Made by a program: the position numbers and the translations under genes
In this document: positions 10,114 through 20,018 of the stretch, in pieces
How positions within the stretch are numbered: position 1 is the first letter of the stretch
Layout: every line of letters begins with the position of its first letter
The notes under the pieces: model-generated
What the model was told of the DNA's origin: nothing
The model's input: only the letters and a program-made list of their open reading frames with translations
The model's database searches: none
Assembly: GCA_963715245.1 (NCBI GenBank)
Contig: CAVQRM010000001.1
Span: forward strand, 1,051,797 to 1,115,796
Source of the DNA: an uncultured Chloroflexia bacterium
GTDB lineage: Bacteria; Chloroflexota; Limnocylindria; Limnocylindrales; CSP1-4
Length of the DNA: 64,000 nucleotides
Reading direction: 5' to 3'

Positions 10114-11910
10114 ATGGGCGCCCTGAACGCCTACCGCGGTGTGCTCACCAACAGCGCGCTCGTGCGGCTGCTTTCGGGCGAGTTCGTCTCCGGAATCGGC
10201 GACTGGCTCTACCTCGTCGCCCTGCTCGTCGTCGTCTACCAGGAGAGCAACGACCCGCTCCTGCTGGGGATCGTCGGAGCCGCCCGGATCGTTCCGTACG
10301 TCCTGCTGTCCGTCCCGGCCGGGATCATCGTGGACCGGTACGACCGGCGGCTCGTCCTGCTCGTCACCGACGTCGCCCGCGGCCTGATCATGGTCGCGCT
10401 CACGGTGATCGTCGCCACGGACGGCCCGCTGCTGGCGGTGGTCGCGCTCGCGGTCCTCGCGACCTGCTTCTCGTGCTTCTTCAGCCCGGCGATCGGGGCG
10501 TACCTGCCCACGATGGTCCGTGACGAGCGCGAGCTGGGCCCGGCGAACAGCCTGTTCGCCACGCTGAACGAGCTGTCGTTCATCCTCGGTCCGGCGCTGG
10601 CCGGCATCATCATCGCCACCGCCGACCTGACGCTCGCATTCGCGCTCAACGCGGTGACGTTCGCCGTGGTCGCGGTGTCGCTCGCCACGCTGCCGTCATC
10701 GAACCCGCGCAGGGAGAAGGCCGCCGCCGAGGCTGCCGCCGCCGAGGCCGCCGAGGCCGCCGCGGCCGCCGCGGCCGCTGCCGCCGCGGACACGGACGCG
10801 GGCACGCGCGCGAGCTCGGACACCGGCACGGGCGAGGCAGCCGCGACCAGCGCCACACCTCGCGGCGCAACCGCCGACGCGCCTGCCGCCGCCGCCGACG
10901 CGGGCGCCACCGCCAGGCTGATGGCGATCCGACGACCCCTGTTCGGGATGCTGTTCCTCGATTCGGCCGCCGGGTTCATGTTCGGTGGCCTGAGCATCAT
11001 CACGGTCATGATCGCGGTCGATCAGCTCGGCGTTGGTGAGGCGGGGACCGGTTACCTGAACGCTGCCGTTGGCATCGGAGGTGTCCTGGGGGCGATCGGC
11101 TCGGGTGCGATCGTCGCGCGCCCGAACCTCGCGCCGGCGTGGATCGCGGGCGTGGTGGGCCTCGTCGTCGGCTTCGTCCTGCTCGGGTTCTCGACGGCCC
11201 TCGCCCCCGCGCTGCTCGCCATGGGGATCATCGCCGCGGGCTCGCTCGTCGCCGACATCGTGAGCACGACGATCTTCCAGCGCATCGTCCCCGACGAGCT
11301 TCGAGGCCGCGTCCTCGGCGGGATGCAGATGCTCCAGACGGGCACCTACGCCGCGGGCTCGCTCGTGATGCCGATCGCGTTCGCCGCGTTCGGGCCGCAG
11401 GTGATCCTGCCGCTGGGTGCCGTGATCCTGCTCGGCGCCGCGCTCGTCTCGCTCAGCATCCTGCGCCCCTACTTCCGCCGCGGTTCCGATGCCGCGACCG
11501 AGCTCCTCGTCCGGGTCAGCCGCCTGCCGATCCTCACGGGCGTCCCCGGGCCGGCCCTCGAGGCGGCTGCCCAGCGGCTGGTCGCCGTCCCGGTCACCGC
11601 CGGCGAGGTGGTGATCCGGCAGGGCGATCCCGCGGACCGGTTCTACGTCATCGAATCGGGGCAGTTCCGCGTGGACCAGACGGACGCCGCGGGCGCGACC
11701 CGCCACCTCCGTGTCATGGGTCCCGACGAGGTCTTCGGTGAGCTCGGCCTGATGCACAAGACGCCGCGCACCGCGACCGTCACGGCCGAGACGGACGGCC
11801 AGCTCCTGGCCCTCGCCGGGCCTGACTTCCTCGAGCTCGTCAACGCCGCAGCCGAGCTGTCGAACCGGTTCAGCGAGCGCTACCGGGGCGCGGGCACGGC
11901 CGCCTCCTAG
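10114..11910 (+). CDS. MFS transporter fused to a C-terminal cyclic-nucleotide-binding domain
   Basis: MFS motif A (GIIVDRYDRR), about 12 TM segments, VPDELRGRV; CNB domain VIRQGDPADRFYVIESG...FGELGLMHKTPRTATV. Confidence 0.9.
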   Translation: MGALNAYRGVLTNSALVRLLSGEFVSGIGDWLYLVALLVVVYQESNDPLLLGIVGAARIVPYVLLSVPAGIIVDRYDRRLVLLVTDVARGLIMVALTVIVATDGPLLAVVALAVLATCFSCFFSPAIGAYLPTMVRDERELGPANSLFATLNELSFILGPALAGIIIATADLTLAFALNAVTFAVVAVSLATLPSSNPRREKAAAEAAAAEAAEAAAAAAAAAAADTDAGTRASSDTGTGEAAATSATPRGATADAPAAAADAGATARLMAIRRPLFGMLFLDSAAGFMFGGLSIITVMIAVDQLGVGEAGTGYLNAAVGIGGVLGAIGSGAIVARPNLAPAWIAGVVGLVVGFVLLGFSTALAPALLAMGIIAAGSLVADIVSTTIFQRIVPDELRGRVLGGMQMLQTGTYAAGSLVMPIAFAAFGPQVILPLGAVILLGAALVSLSILRPYFRRGSDAATELLVRVSRLPILTGVPGPALEAAAQRLVAVPVTAGEVVIRQGDPADRFYVIESGQFRVDQTDAAGATRHLRVMGPDEVFGELGLMHKTPRTATVTAETDGQLLALAGPDFLELVNAAAELSNRFSERYRGAGTAAS

Positions 11911-11919
11911 CCGGCCCGG

Positions 11920-14886
11920 TCACGCCCCCGGGTGCCCGGCCCCGGCGCTCGACGGCTGGTTCGCCCGCAGCGTCGCCACCCACGCTGCGACCTCCGTGCG
12001 CCGCCCGACACCCAGCTTGGCGAGGATGTGCTCGACGTGCGCGCTGACGGTCTTCGGCGACACGCCCAGCTGCCTCGCGATCTCGCCGTTGGTGAGCCCA
12101 TCGGCCAGCAGCGTGGCAACCTCGAGCTCGCGCCCGGTCAGCGGGCTCCACGGGGTCTCGTCCGAGGTGCCGCCGGTTCGCCCGCGGGCGGCCCGCGCCG
12201 CCCCGGCCAGCGGCTCGCTGCCCATCTCGGCGGCGCGGGCCTCGACCTCCGCGACGAGCCGCAGGCCGTCGGCCCGCCGGTTCGAGCGCACGAACGTGCG
12301 TGCGAGATCGAGACGCGCCCAGCCCGCCTCCCACGCCCGCCGCCTCCCGTCCCACGCGTCCGCGGCCCGCTCCAGGTTGCGCCTGGCCTCGCCCGTCTGC
12401 CCGGCGGCAAGCGCGAGCAGCCCGCGCGCGTGGTCGATCGCCGGCAGCGTCCCGGGGATCGAGCGGAGTCGGAGCTCCTCCTCGACCGCGGCCGTGAACC
12501 GCGCCGCACCGGCGGGGTCCCGTGCCAGCAGGCGGGCCCGCGTCCCGGTCACCGCGAACGGATAGAGGTACGCGGCGTCGCGGACCTCCGACGAGGCGGC
12601 CAGGCCGGCGTCGCTCCACCGGACGGCGGCCGCGGTGTCGCCCTGCAGGAGGGCGGCCTCCGCCAGGCCCCACAGGGCGGGCGAGAGCCGCTGCAGCTCG
12701 CCCATCCGCTCGCCCTCCACGCGTGCCTCCTCGAGCGCCGCCGTCGCGGCTGCCCACTCGCCGCGTCCGAGCGCGACGTAGCCGGCCACGTGGAGCGCCG
12801 TGATCCGGGTCGTGATCCCGCCGCGACCGTCCTGGAGCGCCTGCTCGGCGACCGAGCGGGCCTCGGCCCAGCGCCCCGTCGCCCACAGGACATGCCCCAG
12901 GTGGGCGGCCATGTAGTGCCGGTCGTTCCAGCGCTCCGTGCGCTCCGCGTAGTCGATGCCCTCGCGCAGATAGCGCTCGCCACGCTCGTACTCGACGGTC
13001 ACCGAGGCGCACGAGCCGAGCATCCGATAGCCGCGGGACGCCTCTGCCTCGGCGTGTGCGGCGCGCGCCTGGCCGATGGTGGCCTCGAGCATCGAGAAAC
13101 CCTCGTCCACGCGACCGGCGAACGGCAGGCACGCGGCGAGCGTCACCGTCGCGTTGTGCGCGGTTGCGTCGTCGCCAGCCGACGCCGCGAGCCGGCGCGC
13201 CTCGCCGGCGTGCGCGATGGCCTCGTCGAGATGGCGGTTGAGCATGTACGCCGCCGCGAGGCCGGCCTCGATCCGGGCGGTCGTGCGGGCGACCTCGTCC
13301 GGATCCTGTGCCTCCTCGGTCGCCCCTGCCGCCAGCCGGACCTCATCCAGCGTCGCGTCCAGCCTGCCCGCTCTCGCGGGGAGATCGTCGCCGAGCAGGT
13401 GTCGGGCCGCGACGAGCGGGACGACGACCGCGGCGGCGTCGAGGTCCCGGCCCGCGGCGAGATACAGCCGGCGGGCCTCCTCGAACGCCGCGGCAGCCGT
13501 CGCGTTGTCATCCACGGCGGCGGCGGCGCCCCCGTACTCCTCCTGGAGGTCGCCCATCGCGCCCGGTTCGAGCTCCGGCGGCACGTTGCGCATCGCGCGC
13601 AGGCACAGGTCGAACGCCTCGCGATGGGCGGAGATCGCCGCCGCCGCCCGCGAGGCCCGCAACGCGGTCTCGAACGCCTCTGTGCGCTGTCCGGCCCGCT
13701 CGTACTGCGAAGAGAGGAACGCATCCGAGAAGTCGCCGCGTGCAGCCGCGACCGATGCGACGCGCGCATGGAGGCGCTGCCGCTCCGCGTCCGGGATCCG
13801 GCCGTAGATGGCGTCGCAGATGAGCGCGTGCCGGAACCCGTAGCGACCGGACGCCGGCGCCGCGGCGAGCAGGAAGTGGTCAGCCAGCTCCGCGAGCGGC
13901 GTCGCGAGGGCGTCCGGGTCATCGCCGACCACATCGGCGAGGAGGCTGAACTCGAACGAGCGCCCGATGACGGACCCGATCCGCGCGACCGTGCGCGCCT
14001 GATCCGAGCGCAGCCCCACACGGCCGAGGATGGCCGACTCCAGGGTGTCCGGGACCCCGACGCCCGGGACGCCCGCCGGTCCGGGTTCCGGCAACCGGTC
14101 CACCGGCGTGCCTGATGCGCCAATGAGCGCGATGAGCTCCTCGACGTGGAGCGGGATGCCGTCCGTGCGGTCGTGGATCGCGGCGACGATGTCCCGTGCC
14201 GCCGGGTGCCCTTCAGCGAGGATGAGCGACACCATCGTCGCGGTCTCGTCCTCGGTCAGACGCCGCAGGCGGGCCTCCTCCGCCTGGCGCTGACCGAGGA
14301 GCCGGCTGCGCCACTCCCGCATCGGGACGCGCGGGTAGAGCTCATCGCTGCGGTAGGTTCCCACGATGACGAGCGGGAGCTCCGCTGCGCGGCGCGCGAT
14401 CGTCGCGATCACCTCCAGCGTCAGGTCGTCGGCCTGGTGGAGGTCCTCGAGCGCGAGCAGCGTCGGCCCGCCGGAGGCCGCCGTCGCGAGGTCGTCCGCG
14501 ATGTCGAGGGTGAGGAGCCGTCGGCGGCGATGGGCGTCGCCGCCCTCGCGTACCCGATCGAGCGCCGCCAGCCGATCGGCGATCCGGGCGCCGGCGTCCT
14601 CGAGCGCCGCCGTCCGCTGCATCGCCCGGGCGAGCTCCAGGAAGACGGCACCCGGCACCTCGAGGTCACCCGGGTACGTGCCACCCCGCGCGACGCGGAT
14701 GCCCATGCCCTCGGCGCGACGTTCGATCGAGCCCAGGAGCCTGGTCTTGCCGATGCCGGCCTCGCCCGCGAGGAACAGCACGTGGCCCTGTCCGCCGGTG
14801 GCCGCCTCGAGGCGGCGGCCCGCGAGCGCGAGCAGGTCGTCCCGACCCACGAGGACGGGGCAGACCAGCGGACCGACGACGTTCAT
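11920..14886 (-). CDS. Large ATP-binding LuxR regulator (AAA_16/STAND ATPase, TPR-like region, LuxR HTH)
   Basis: LVGRDD, GEAGIGKTRL, LEDLHQAD, RTDGIPLHVEEL, FRHALI; C-terminal LTGRELEVATLLADGLTNGEIARQLGVSPKTVSAHVEHILAKLG. Confidence 0.92.
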   Translation of the reverse strand: MNVVGPLVCPVLVGRDDLLALAGRRLEAATGGQGHVLFLAGEAGIGKTRLLGSIERRAEGMGIRVARGGTYPGDLEVPGAVFLELARAMQRTAALEDAGARIADRLAALDRVREGGDAHRRRRLLTLDIADDLATAASGGPTLLALEDLHQADDLTLEVIATIARRAAELPLVIVGTYRSDELYPRVPMREWRSRLLGQRQAEEARLRRLTEDETATMVSLILAEGHPAARDIVAAIHDRTDGIPLHVEELIALIGASGTPVDRLPEPGPAGVPGVGVPDTLESAILGRVGLRSDQARTVARIGSVIGRSFEFSLLADVVGDDPDALATPLAELADHFLLAAAPASGRYGFRHALICDAIYGRIPDAERQRLHARVASVAAARGDFSDAFLSSQYERAGQRTEAFETALRASRAAAAISAHREAFDLCLRAMRNVPPELEPGAMGDLQEEYGGAAAAVDDNATAAAAFEEARRLYLAAGRDLDAAAVVVPLVAARHLLGDDLPARAGRLDATLDEVRLAAGATEEAQDPDEVARTTARIEAGLAAAYMLNRHLDEAIAHAGEARRLAASAGDDATAHNATVTLAACLPFAGRVDEGFSMLEATIGQARAAHAEAEASRGYRMLGSCASVTVEYERGERYLREGIDYAERTERWNDRHYMAAHLGHVLWATGRWAEARSVAEQALQDGRGGITTRITALHVAGYVALGRGEWAAATAALEEARVEGERMGELQRLSPALWGLAEAALLQGDTAAAVRWSDAGLAASSEVRDAAYLYPFAVTGTRARLLARDPAGAARFTAAVEEELRLRSIPGTLPAIDHARGLLALAAGQTGEARRNLERAADAWDGRRRAWEAGWARLDLARTFVRSNRRADGLRLVAEVEARAAEMGSEPLAGAARAARGRTGGTSDETPWSPLTGRELEVATLLADGLTNGEIARQLGVSPKTVSAHVEHILAKLGVGRRTEVAAWVATLRANQPSSAGAGHPGA

Positions 14887-14893
14887 CGAACGG

Positions 14894-14936
14894 ATCGTAG
14901 GGGTTCCCCACGATCCCGCATCGGTCGAACGACCGA
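14894..14936 (-). promoter_or_regulatory. -10 element and two inverted repeats upstream of the LuxR regulator
   Basis: TACGAT 7 nt before ATG; imperfect ATCGTAGGGGTTCCCCACGAT; perfect 7-2-7 TCGGTCG-AA-CGACCGA at 14921-14936. Confidence 0.5.
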
Positions 14937-15024
14937 CATCGCACAACCCGGTTCAGGGTCGACGTCGACCGTCGGCGCCCTCGTCAGAGCTGTCGGGCGC
15001 GCCCCCGCACGCGGATGGCGGACG

Positions 15025-15285
15025 TCAGTCGCCGAAGGTGAAGCTCTTCATGAGCTGCCTGATCACGATCGCGATGAAGGCCGCGAACAGGGCCGAGATC
15101 CAGATGCTCGAGACCGAGTCCCAACCGAGCACCGACGTGAACAGCCAGCCGGTGATGACGGCCGCGACCAGGCCGATGACCAGGCTGGGCATCCAGCCGC
15201 GCGCGGTTCGCCCTCCCGAGATGACACCCGACACGAGGCCCGCGATGAGCCCGACGACGATCCAGCCAACGAATGTAAGGTCCAT
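15025..15285 (-). CDS. GlsB/YeaQ/YmgE (transglycosylase-associated) small membrane protein
   Basis: 86 aa, three TM segments, WIVVGLIAGLVSGVISGG..GW..SLVIGLV. Confidence 0.75.
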   Translation of the reverse strand: MDLTFVGWIVVGLIAGLVSGVISGGRTARGWMPSLVIGLVAAVITGWLFTSVLGWDSVSSIWISALFAAFIAIVIRQLMKSFTFGD

Positions 15286-15354
15286 GGCCCGCAGTATTGG
15301 GGGTGCCGTCAAGCGGTCAATCCCCCAATCGGGATGACCCACGCCGCACGGCGG

Positions 15355-17307
15355 CTACCAGATCGTCGCGCGCTGCGCGGCCGGCCTCGCCATGGGTGCG
15401 CCCGCGGGAACCCCGAACGCCGCCGCGAACGGCGGGAAGTTGGACAGCGGGCCGTTCGCCCGATACGCCGATGGCGCGTGCGGATCGGTGTTCACCAGCA
15501 GCCGAGCGATCTCCTCGGTGTAGTTCATGCGCCAGATCGTCGCGTAGGCCATGAAGAAGCGCTGGGCGGGGGTCAGGCCGTCCAGCTCGGGCGCGTCCGG
15601 CCCGACCGCCTCCTGCATCGCCGCGAACGCGACGGCGACGCCGCCGAGGTCCGCGATGTTCTCGCCCAGCGTCAGGCGCCCGTTGACCTGCGCGTCACCC
15701 GCCACGACGTAGCCGTTGAACTGCTCGACGAGCACCTCGGCGCGCCGCTCGAACTCGGCCCGGTCCGCCTCGGTCCACCAGTCGCGCAGCGCGCCGGAGG
15801 CGTCGAACCGCGAGCCGCTGTCGTCGAAGCCGTGCGTGATCTCGTGGCCGATCACCGTCCCGATCCCGCCGTAGTTCACCGCGTCGTCGGCATCTGCGTG
15901 GAAGAACGGCGGCTGCAGGATCCCGGCCGGGAACACGATCTCGTTGAGCAGCGGATGGTAGTAGGCGTTGACCATGTGCGGCGGAAGCCCCCACTCGGCG
16001 CGATCCACCGGCTCCTCGAGGCGCCCGACCTGCCGGGCGTACTCGAAGCGCGCGACGCGGAGCCGGTTCTCGACGAACGAGCTGCGAACGAGGTCCAGCC
16101 CGGTGTAGTCCTTCCACCGGTCGGGGTACCCGATCTTGAAGCCGAACCCGCGGAGCTTCGTCAGCGCCTGCTCCCGGGTCTCGTCGGTCATCCAGTCGTT
16201 GGCCCGGATCGCACTGCCCATCGCCGCCAGCAGGTGCTCCACGAGATGCTCGCAACGCGTCTTCGCCGCGGGGGGAAACGCCTCTTCGACATACAGCTGG
16301 GACACCAGCTCGCCGATGTCGGCGGTCGCCGCGTCGAGGATCCGCTTCCAGCGCGGCTTCGGCTCCTGCTGCCCGCCGAGGGTCCGGTTGTAGAACGCGA
16401 ACGCCTCTTCCTCGAACGCCCGCGGCAGCGCGGAGGCGTAGCTCCGGACCACGTGCCAGCGCAGGTAGTGGCGTAGCGTCTCGACCGGCGTCTCGGCGAT
16501 GGCCGCATCGAGCGCGGTGAGGAACCCGTCGCTCTCGACGCACACGGTGGGCTGGGTGCCGCCGAGGTCCCGGACGTAGCCGGCCAGGCCGAAGCGGGGC
16601 ATGAGCTCGTCGAGGCGGTCCACGTCGCGCCGGTTGAGCGTGAGCCTCGGGTCTCGCTGCTGCTCGCGCGACAGCGACGCGTCCGCGAGGCGACGCTCGA
16701 AGGCGAGGATCGCCTCGGCCGCGGCGGCGGCATCATCGGCCCCGTAGCCCAGGTTCACGAGCTGCGCGGCGACATGTGCCGTGTAGGCCTCCCGCAGCGC
16801 GACCGACCGCTCGTCGTCGCGCAGGTAGTAGTCGCGCTCGGGGAGCCCGACGCCCCCCTGCCCGAAGTACAGCAGGTAGTGCTCCGCGTCCTCGAAGTCG
16901 GGCAGGACCCCGAGCCCATGGAACGCGGAGACGTTGTCGCGCTGGAGGACCGGCGCCAGCCGCCGCACGTCCTCGGCCGACGCCAGCGCGTCGATCGCGT
17001 CAAGGAGATGGCGCAGCGGCTCGACGCCGGCGGCCTCGATGGCCGCCTCGTCCATGCCCGCCGCGAAGTAGTCGCCGACCTCGTGGCGGACGGTCCCCTC
17101 GTGGTCGCGGGTGTCGGCTGCGTCCCGCATGAGGCGGTGGAGGAGCTCCTGGTTGCGCTCGTTGACCTCGTGGAAGGCCCCGTACGACCCGTACTCGGGT
17201 GGAACCGGGTGGCTGTCGAGCCACCCTCCGTTGACGTGGCGGTAGAAGTCGTCGGCTGGCGACACGCCCTCGTCGAAGAGCGCGCGGTCGATCGGCTGGC
17301 TGGTCAT
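15355..17307 (-). CDS. pepO: M13 family zinc metallopeptidase (PepO/Zmp1-like)
   Basis: DDFYRHVNGGW, VNAYY, FPAGILQPPFF, GHEITHGFD, GENIADLGG, DPHAP. Confidence 0.95.
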   Translation of the reverse strand: MTSQPIDRALFDEGVSPADDFYRHVNGGWLDSHPVPPEYGSYGAFHEVNERNQELLHRLMRDAADTRDHEGTVRHEVGDYFAAGMDEAAIEAAGVEPLRHLLDAIDALASAEDVRRLAPVLQRDNVSAFHGLGVLPDFEDAEHYLLYFGQGGVGLPERDYYLRDDERSVALREAYTAHVAAQLVNLGYGADDAAAAAEAILAFERRLADASLSREQQRDPRLTLNRRDVDRLDELMPRFGLAGYVRDLGGTQPTVCVESDGFLTALDAAIAETPVETLRHYLRWHVVRSYASALPRAFEEEAFAFYNRTLGGQQEPKPRWKRILDAATADIGELVSQLYVEEAFPPAAKTRCEHLVEHLLAAMGSAIRANDWMTDETREQALTKLRGFGFKIGYPDRWKDYTGLDLVRSSFVENRLRVARFEYARQVGRLEEPVDRAEWGLPPHMVNAYYHPLLNEIVFPAGILQPPFFHADADDAVNYGGIGTVIGHEITHGFDDSGSRFDASGALRDWWTEADRAEFERRAEVLVEQFNGYVVAGDAQVNGRLTLGENIADLGGVAVAFAAMQEAVGPDAPELDGLTPAQRFFMAYATIWRMNYTEEIARLLVNTDPHAPSAYRANGPLSNFPPFAAAFGVPAGAPMARPAAQRATIW

Positions 17308-17402
17308 GCGGGCGGCTTCCCCTGTACGAGCGGCGGGCAGCGGGCGGCGGGCGGGCCCGACGCGGCTGCCCATGGTACGTCTGCGTCCCGGCCTCGCCAC
17401 GG

Positions 17403-18533
17403 TCAGCCCCCGAGCAGCCGCACCTGCACGCCCGGCAGCTGCTTGCGCCACCAGTGCCCGTAGCGGCCGTAGACCCGCGGGTCACGATCGGCGAGGAACG
17501 CCACCAGCGATCGCGCCTCGGTCGCGAGCCCGTCCCACGTTTCCTCCGTCAGCGCGTGGAACGCCGTCGCCTCGATGCCCTGCTCGACCGGGCGCCACAC
17601 GCCCGCCACATGGCCATCCACGAGGAGCGTCGGCAGCACGTCGCCGTTCTGCCGGGTGACGGTGCGCCGGTAGGCCGGCGGGATCACGCGGCCGTGGTCC
17701 GCGTAGGCCAGCAGCGTGCTGTCCCACATCGGCAGCAGCCTCGGCGGGGCGGGGGTCGCCTCGTCCGGGAGCGCCATCCCCGCGACGTCGTACAGCGGGC
17801 CGTCGGGTCCGTCCAGCTCGACCAGGTCGTCGCCGATGGCGAGCATCGCCTCGCGCGCGACGGCGCGGGTGAGCAGGGTGAACCGGGCGAGGTCCTGCGG
17901 CGTGGCCGGCCCGAACCCCTCGAGGTATCGGCGTGCGAGCCACCGCAGGGACTCGTCGCGAGCGTCCGGCGGCAGGGTCACGGGTGCCGCAACGAACGCC
18001 GCGCGCGGCCCGAACGACCACGGCCCGCCGCTCGGGGCGTGGTGGAAGGGCGCGAAGGTCCGCATCGCCCACCACACGGGCTGCGCGGCGGCGTCGAGCG
18101 TGGTGCGCAGGTGGGCCTCCATGTCGAGCCGGGTTCGAGGCTCCGTCGCGAACGCGAGGACGCCGGGCAGGAGCGCGTCGGCCTCGGCGATGGTCAGCCC
18201 GCCCGCGGTGAAGCGCGGGTCGCCGAGGCGCGAGGCTCGCAGGCTCCGGACCATCGCGGCGTGGAACGGCGGGTAGTCCTCGGCGTGGACGGCGTGGAGG
18301 GTGATGCGCATCAGCGACGCCTTGACGACCGCCCGGCCGACGAACGCCGCGTCGAGGTCTGCCGGATCGAAGGCGGCGACCCGATTCCACAGGGCGACAT
18401 ACGGCGACGCCGGCTCCTGTGCCTGGAGCGCGACGACCCGCCGGACCGCGTCGGCGACGCCCACGGGCTCGCGACGGAGGAGCAGCTGTCGGGCGAGCGT
18501 GGCGCGGTTGAGCCCGCGGGCGGTGAGGCGCAT
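17403..18533 (-). CDS. AlkZ/YcaQ (HTH_42) family DNA glycosylase-like winged-helix protein
   Basis: LNRATLARQLLL, ALQAQEP (QxQ motif), LMRITLH, RYLEGFGPAT, RLLPMWDSTLLAY, LVDGHVAGVW. Confidence 0.88.
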   Translation of the reverse strand: MRLTARGLNRATLARQLLLRREPVGVADAVRRVVALQAQEPASPYVALWNRVAAFDPADLDAAFVGRAVVKASLMRITLHAVHAEDYPPFHAAMVRSLRASRLGDPRFTAGGLTIAEADALLPGVLAFATEPRTRLDMEAHLRTTLDAAAQPVWWAMRTFAPFHHAPSGGPWSFGPRAAFVAAPVTLPPDARDESLRWLARRYLEGFGPATPQDLARFTLLTRAVAREAMLAIGDDLVELDGPDGPLYDVAGMALPDEATPAPPRLLPMWDSTLLAYADHGRVIPPAYRRTVTRQNGDVLPTLLVDGHVAGVWRPVEQGIEATAFHALTEETWDGLATEARSLVAFLADRDPRVYGRYGHWWRKQLPGVQVRLLGG

Positions 18534-18577
18534 CGCGGCGATTGTGCCCGAGGGTCGGTCGCGGGCGTTCGGGGCCG

Positions 18578-19232
18578 TCAGCCGTCCGCGCCGAGCGCCT
18601 CGACGCCACGGGGCGATAGCTGGTAGACGCCCCGATCGACGCGCTCGAACCAGCCGTAGACGTTGTCCCGGGCGATGCGGCCCGCGTTGGGCACGTCGGC
18701 GGCCGCACGCATCGCCCGCAGCGGCAGGGGGCCGTCGGCGAGCACGGACGCGCAGCGGAGCGCCTCCTGCCGGTAGGCCGTCATGATCGGACGCCTCGTG
18801 GAGCCACCCGCGGTCGGATCGCCGATCCGGCGGCGATGCTCGCCGAGCAGCGCCGCGGCCCGGCGCCGGTCCCGCCTCGGGCGGTAGGGGAGGGGATCCA
18901 GGACGACCTCCGCCCGCCCGCGGGTCACCACGATCAGCCCCAGGCCAAGCCGCCGGCACAGGCGCCGCGTCTCGCGCTGCCGCGTTGGGCCACGCGCCGA
19001 CCGCGACGTACACGGCGTCGGTCATCGCGAGGCGGTCGATACCCTGGAGCACGAGCCCGAGGCCGAACGTCCGCTTGAGCTCCACCACGACCGGCGGCTC
19101 GTCACCGCGGACGGCGACCACGTCACAGCCGCGGATCTCGCCCTTGACGCTGTAGCCCTGCGCCTCGAGCAGGGCCTTGACCGGTGCGTAGAGCTCGGTC
19201 TCGGGCGGAGGGGCGACGCGGGAGCGGACCAC
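18578..19232 (-). CDS. DUF2161 family putative PD-(D/E)XK protein, frameshifted near 18975
   Basis: ETELYAPVK..LEAQGYSVKGEIRGCDVVAVRG, VVVELK, LVLQGIDR; after the shift GGSTRRPIMTAYRQEAL, DNVYGWFERVDRGVY. Confidence 0.85.
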
Positions 19233-19359
19233 GAGCCGCATCGTAGCCCGCGTCGGCGCGCGGCAGGTGGCGCGCCGTCGGCCGGACGCCCGCACGGGCG
19301 AGCCTGCACACTTGTCGTTCCTGCGGGCATGCGACCCGCACGGGGTGTCGAGGGTGACC

Positions 19360-19965
19360 ATGGACGGACAGATCGAGATCGAGCTGGGAGGTCCGGCCGC
19401 AGCGGATGAGCCAGTCCGGCGGCTCCTGGAGCGCATCGCGGCGCCCGCGGCGGGCGCCGTCCCAGACCTGCCCGCGATCGGCGCCGCGCTTGCCGACCTC
19501 GCGCTGGACGTCGAGTACGTGTCCCGCTGGGTCGCCCGTCTCGGCGACCGGGGTGGCGCCCTCCGCATCCACGCCCCCGAGCGCGGCCCGCGCCTGGCCA
19601 TCGTCCACCGCGAGGAAGGGACCATGAGCGCGGTCCACGACCATGGGACCTGGGTCGCCGCGTGCCCGATCAGCGGTCTCGAGACGCATCGGCGCTACCG
19701 GCGGCCGGGTGGCGGCGCGAGCTATCTGGAGATCGCCGAGGTGGAGGCGCTTGGACCGGCGCAGGCTGCGACCCTCCTGCCTCCCGACGATATCCACGAC
19801 CACGGGCACCTCGCGGGGCACGGGGCGCCCGCCTATGTGCTGATCCTGACCGGCGACGACCAGACGCGGTTCGAGCGCAACGAGTGGGACGCGGTCACCG
19901 GGCGCCACCGCGTTCTGCGGCCCGGCGACGGCGGGCGGTTCCTGGCCACCGACCCCTGGCCCTGA
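19360..19965 (+). CDS. Cupin, cysteine-dioxygenase-like protein
   Basis: SAVHDHGTW...GLETHRRY...LLPPDDIHDH (three-His cupin pattern). Confidence 0.7.
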   Translation: MDGQIEIELGGPAAADEPVRRLLERIAAPAAGAVPDLPAIGAALADLALDVEYVSRWVARLGDRGGALRIHAPERGPRLAIVHREEGTMSAVHDHGTWVAACPISGLETHRRYRRPGGGASYLEIAEVEALGPAQAATLLPPDDIHDHGHLAGHGAPAYVLILTGDDQTRFERNEWDAVTGRHRVLRPGDGGRFLATDPWP

Positions 19966-20018
19966 GGCGCGCAGCGGGCACGAGCCCCGGCCGCAGCCGG
20001 CTGCTATCGTCGACAGTG

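Noticed and set aside
10720-10910. GCC-rich tract as a DNA repeat element
   Set aside because: It encodes the Ala-rich loop of the MFS protein; low complexity rather than a discrete repeat
17403-19625. 740-aa ORF suggesting a DUF2161-AlkZ fusion
   Set aside because: Produced by the frameshift near 18975; the DUF2161 C-terminus is in another frame with its own stop at 18578, and AlkZ has its own -10 and start
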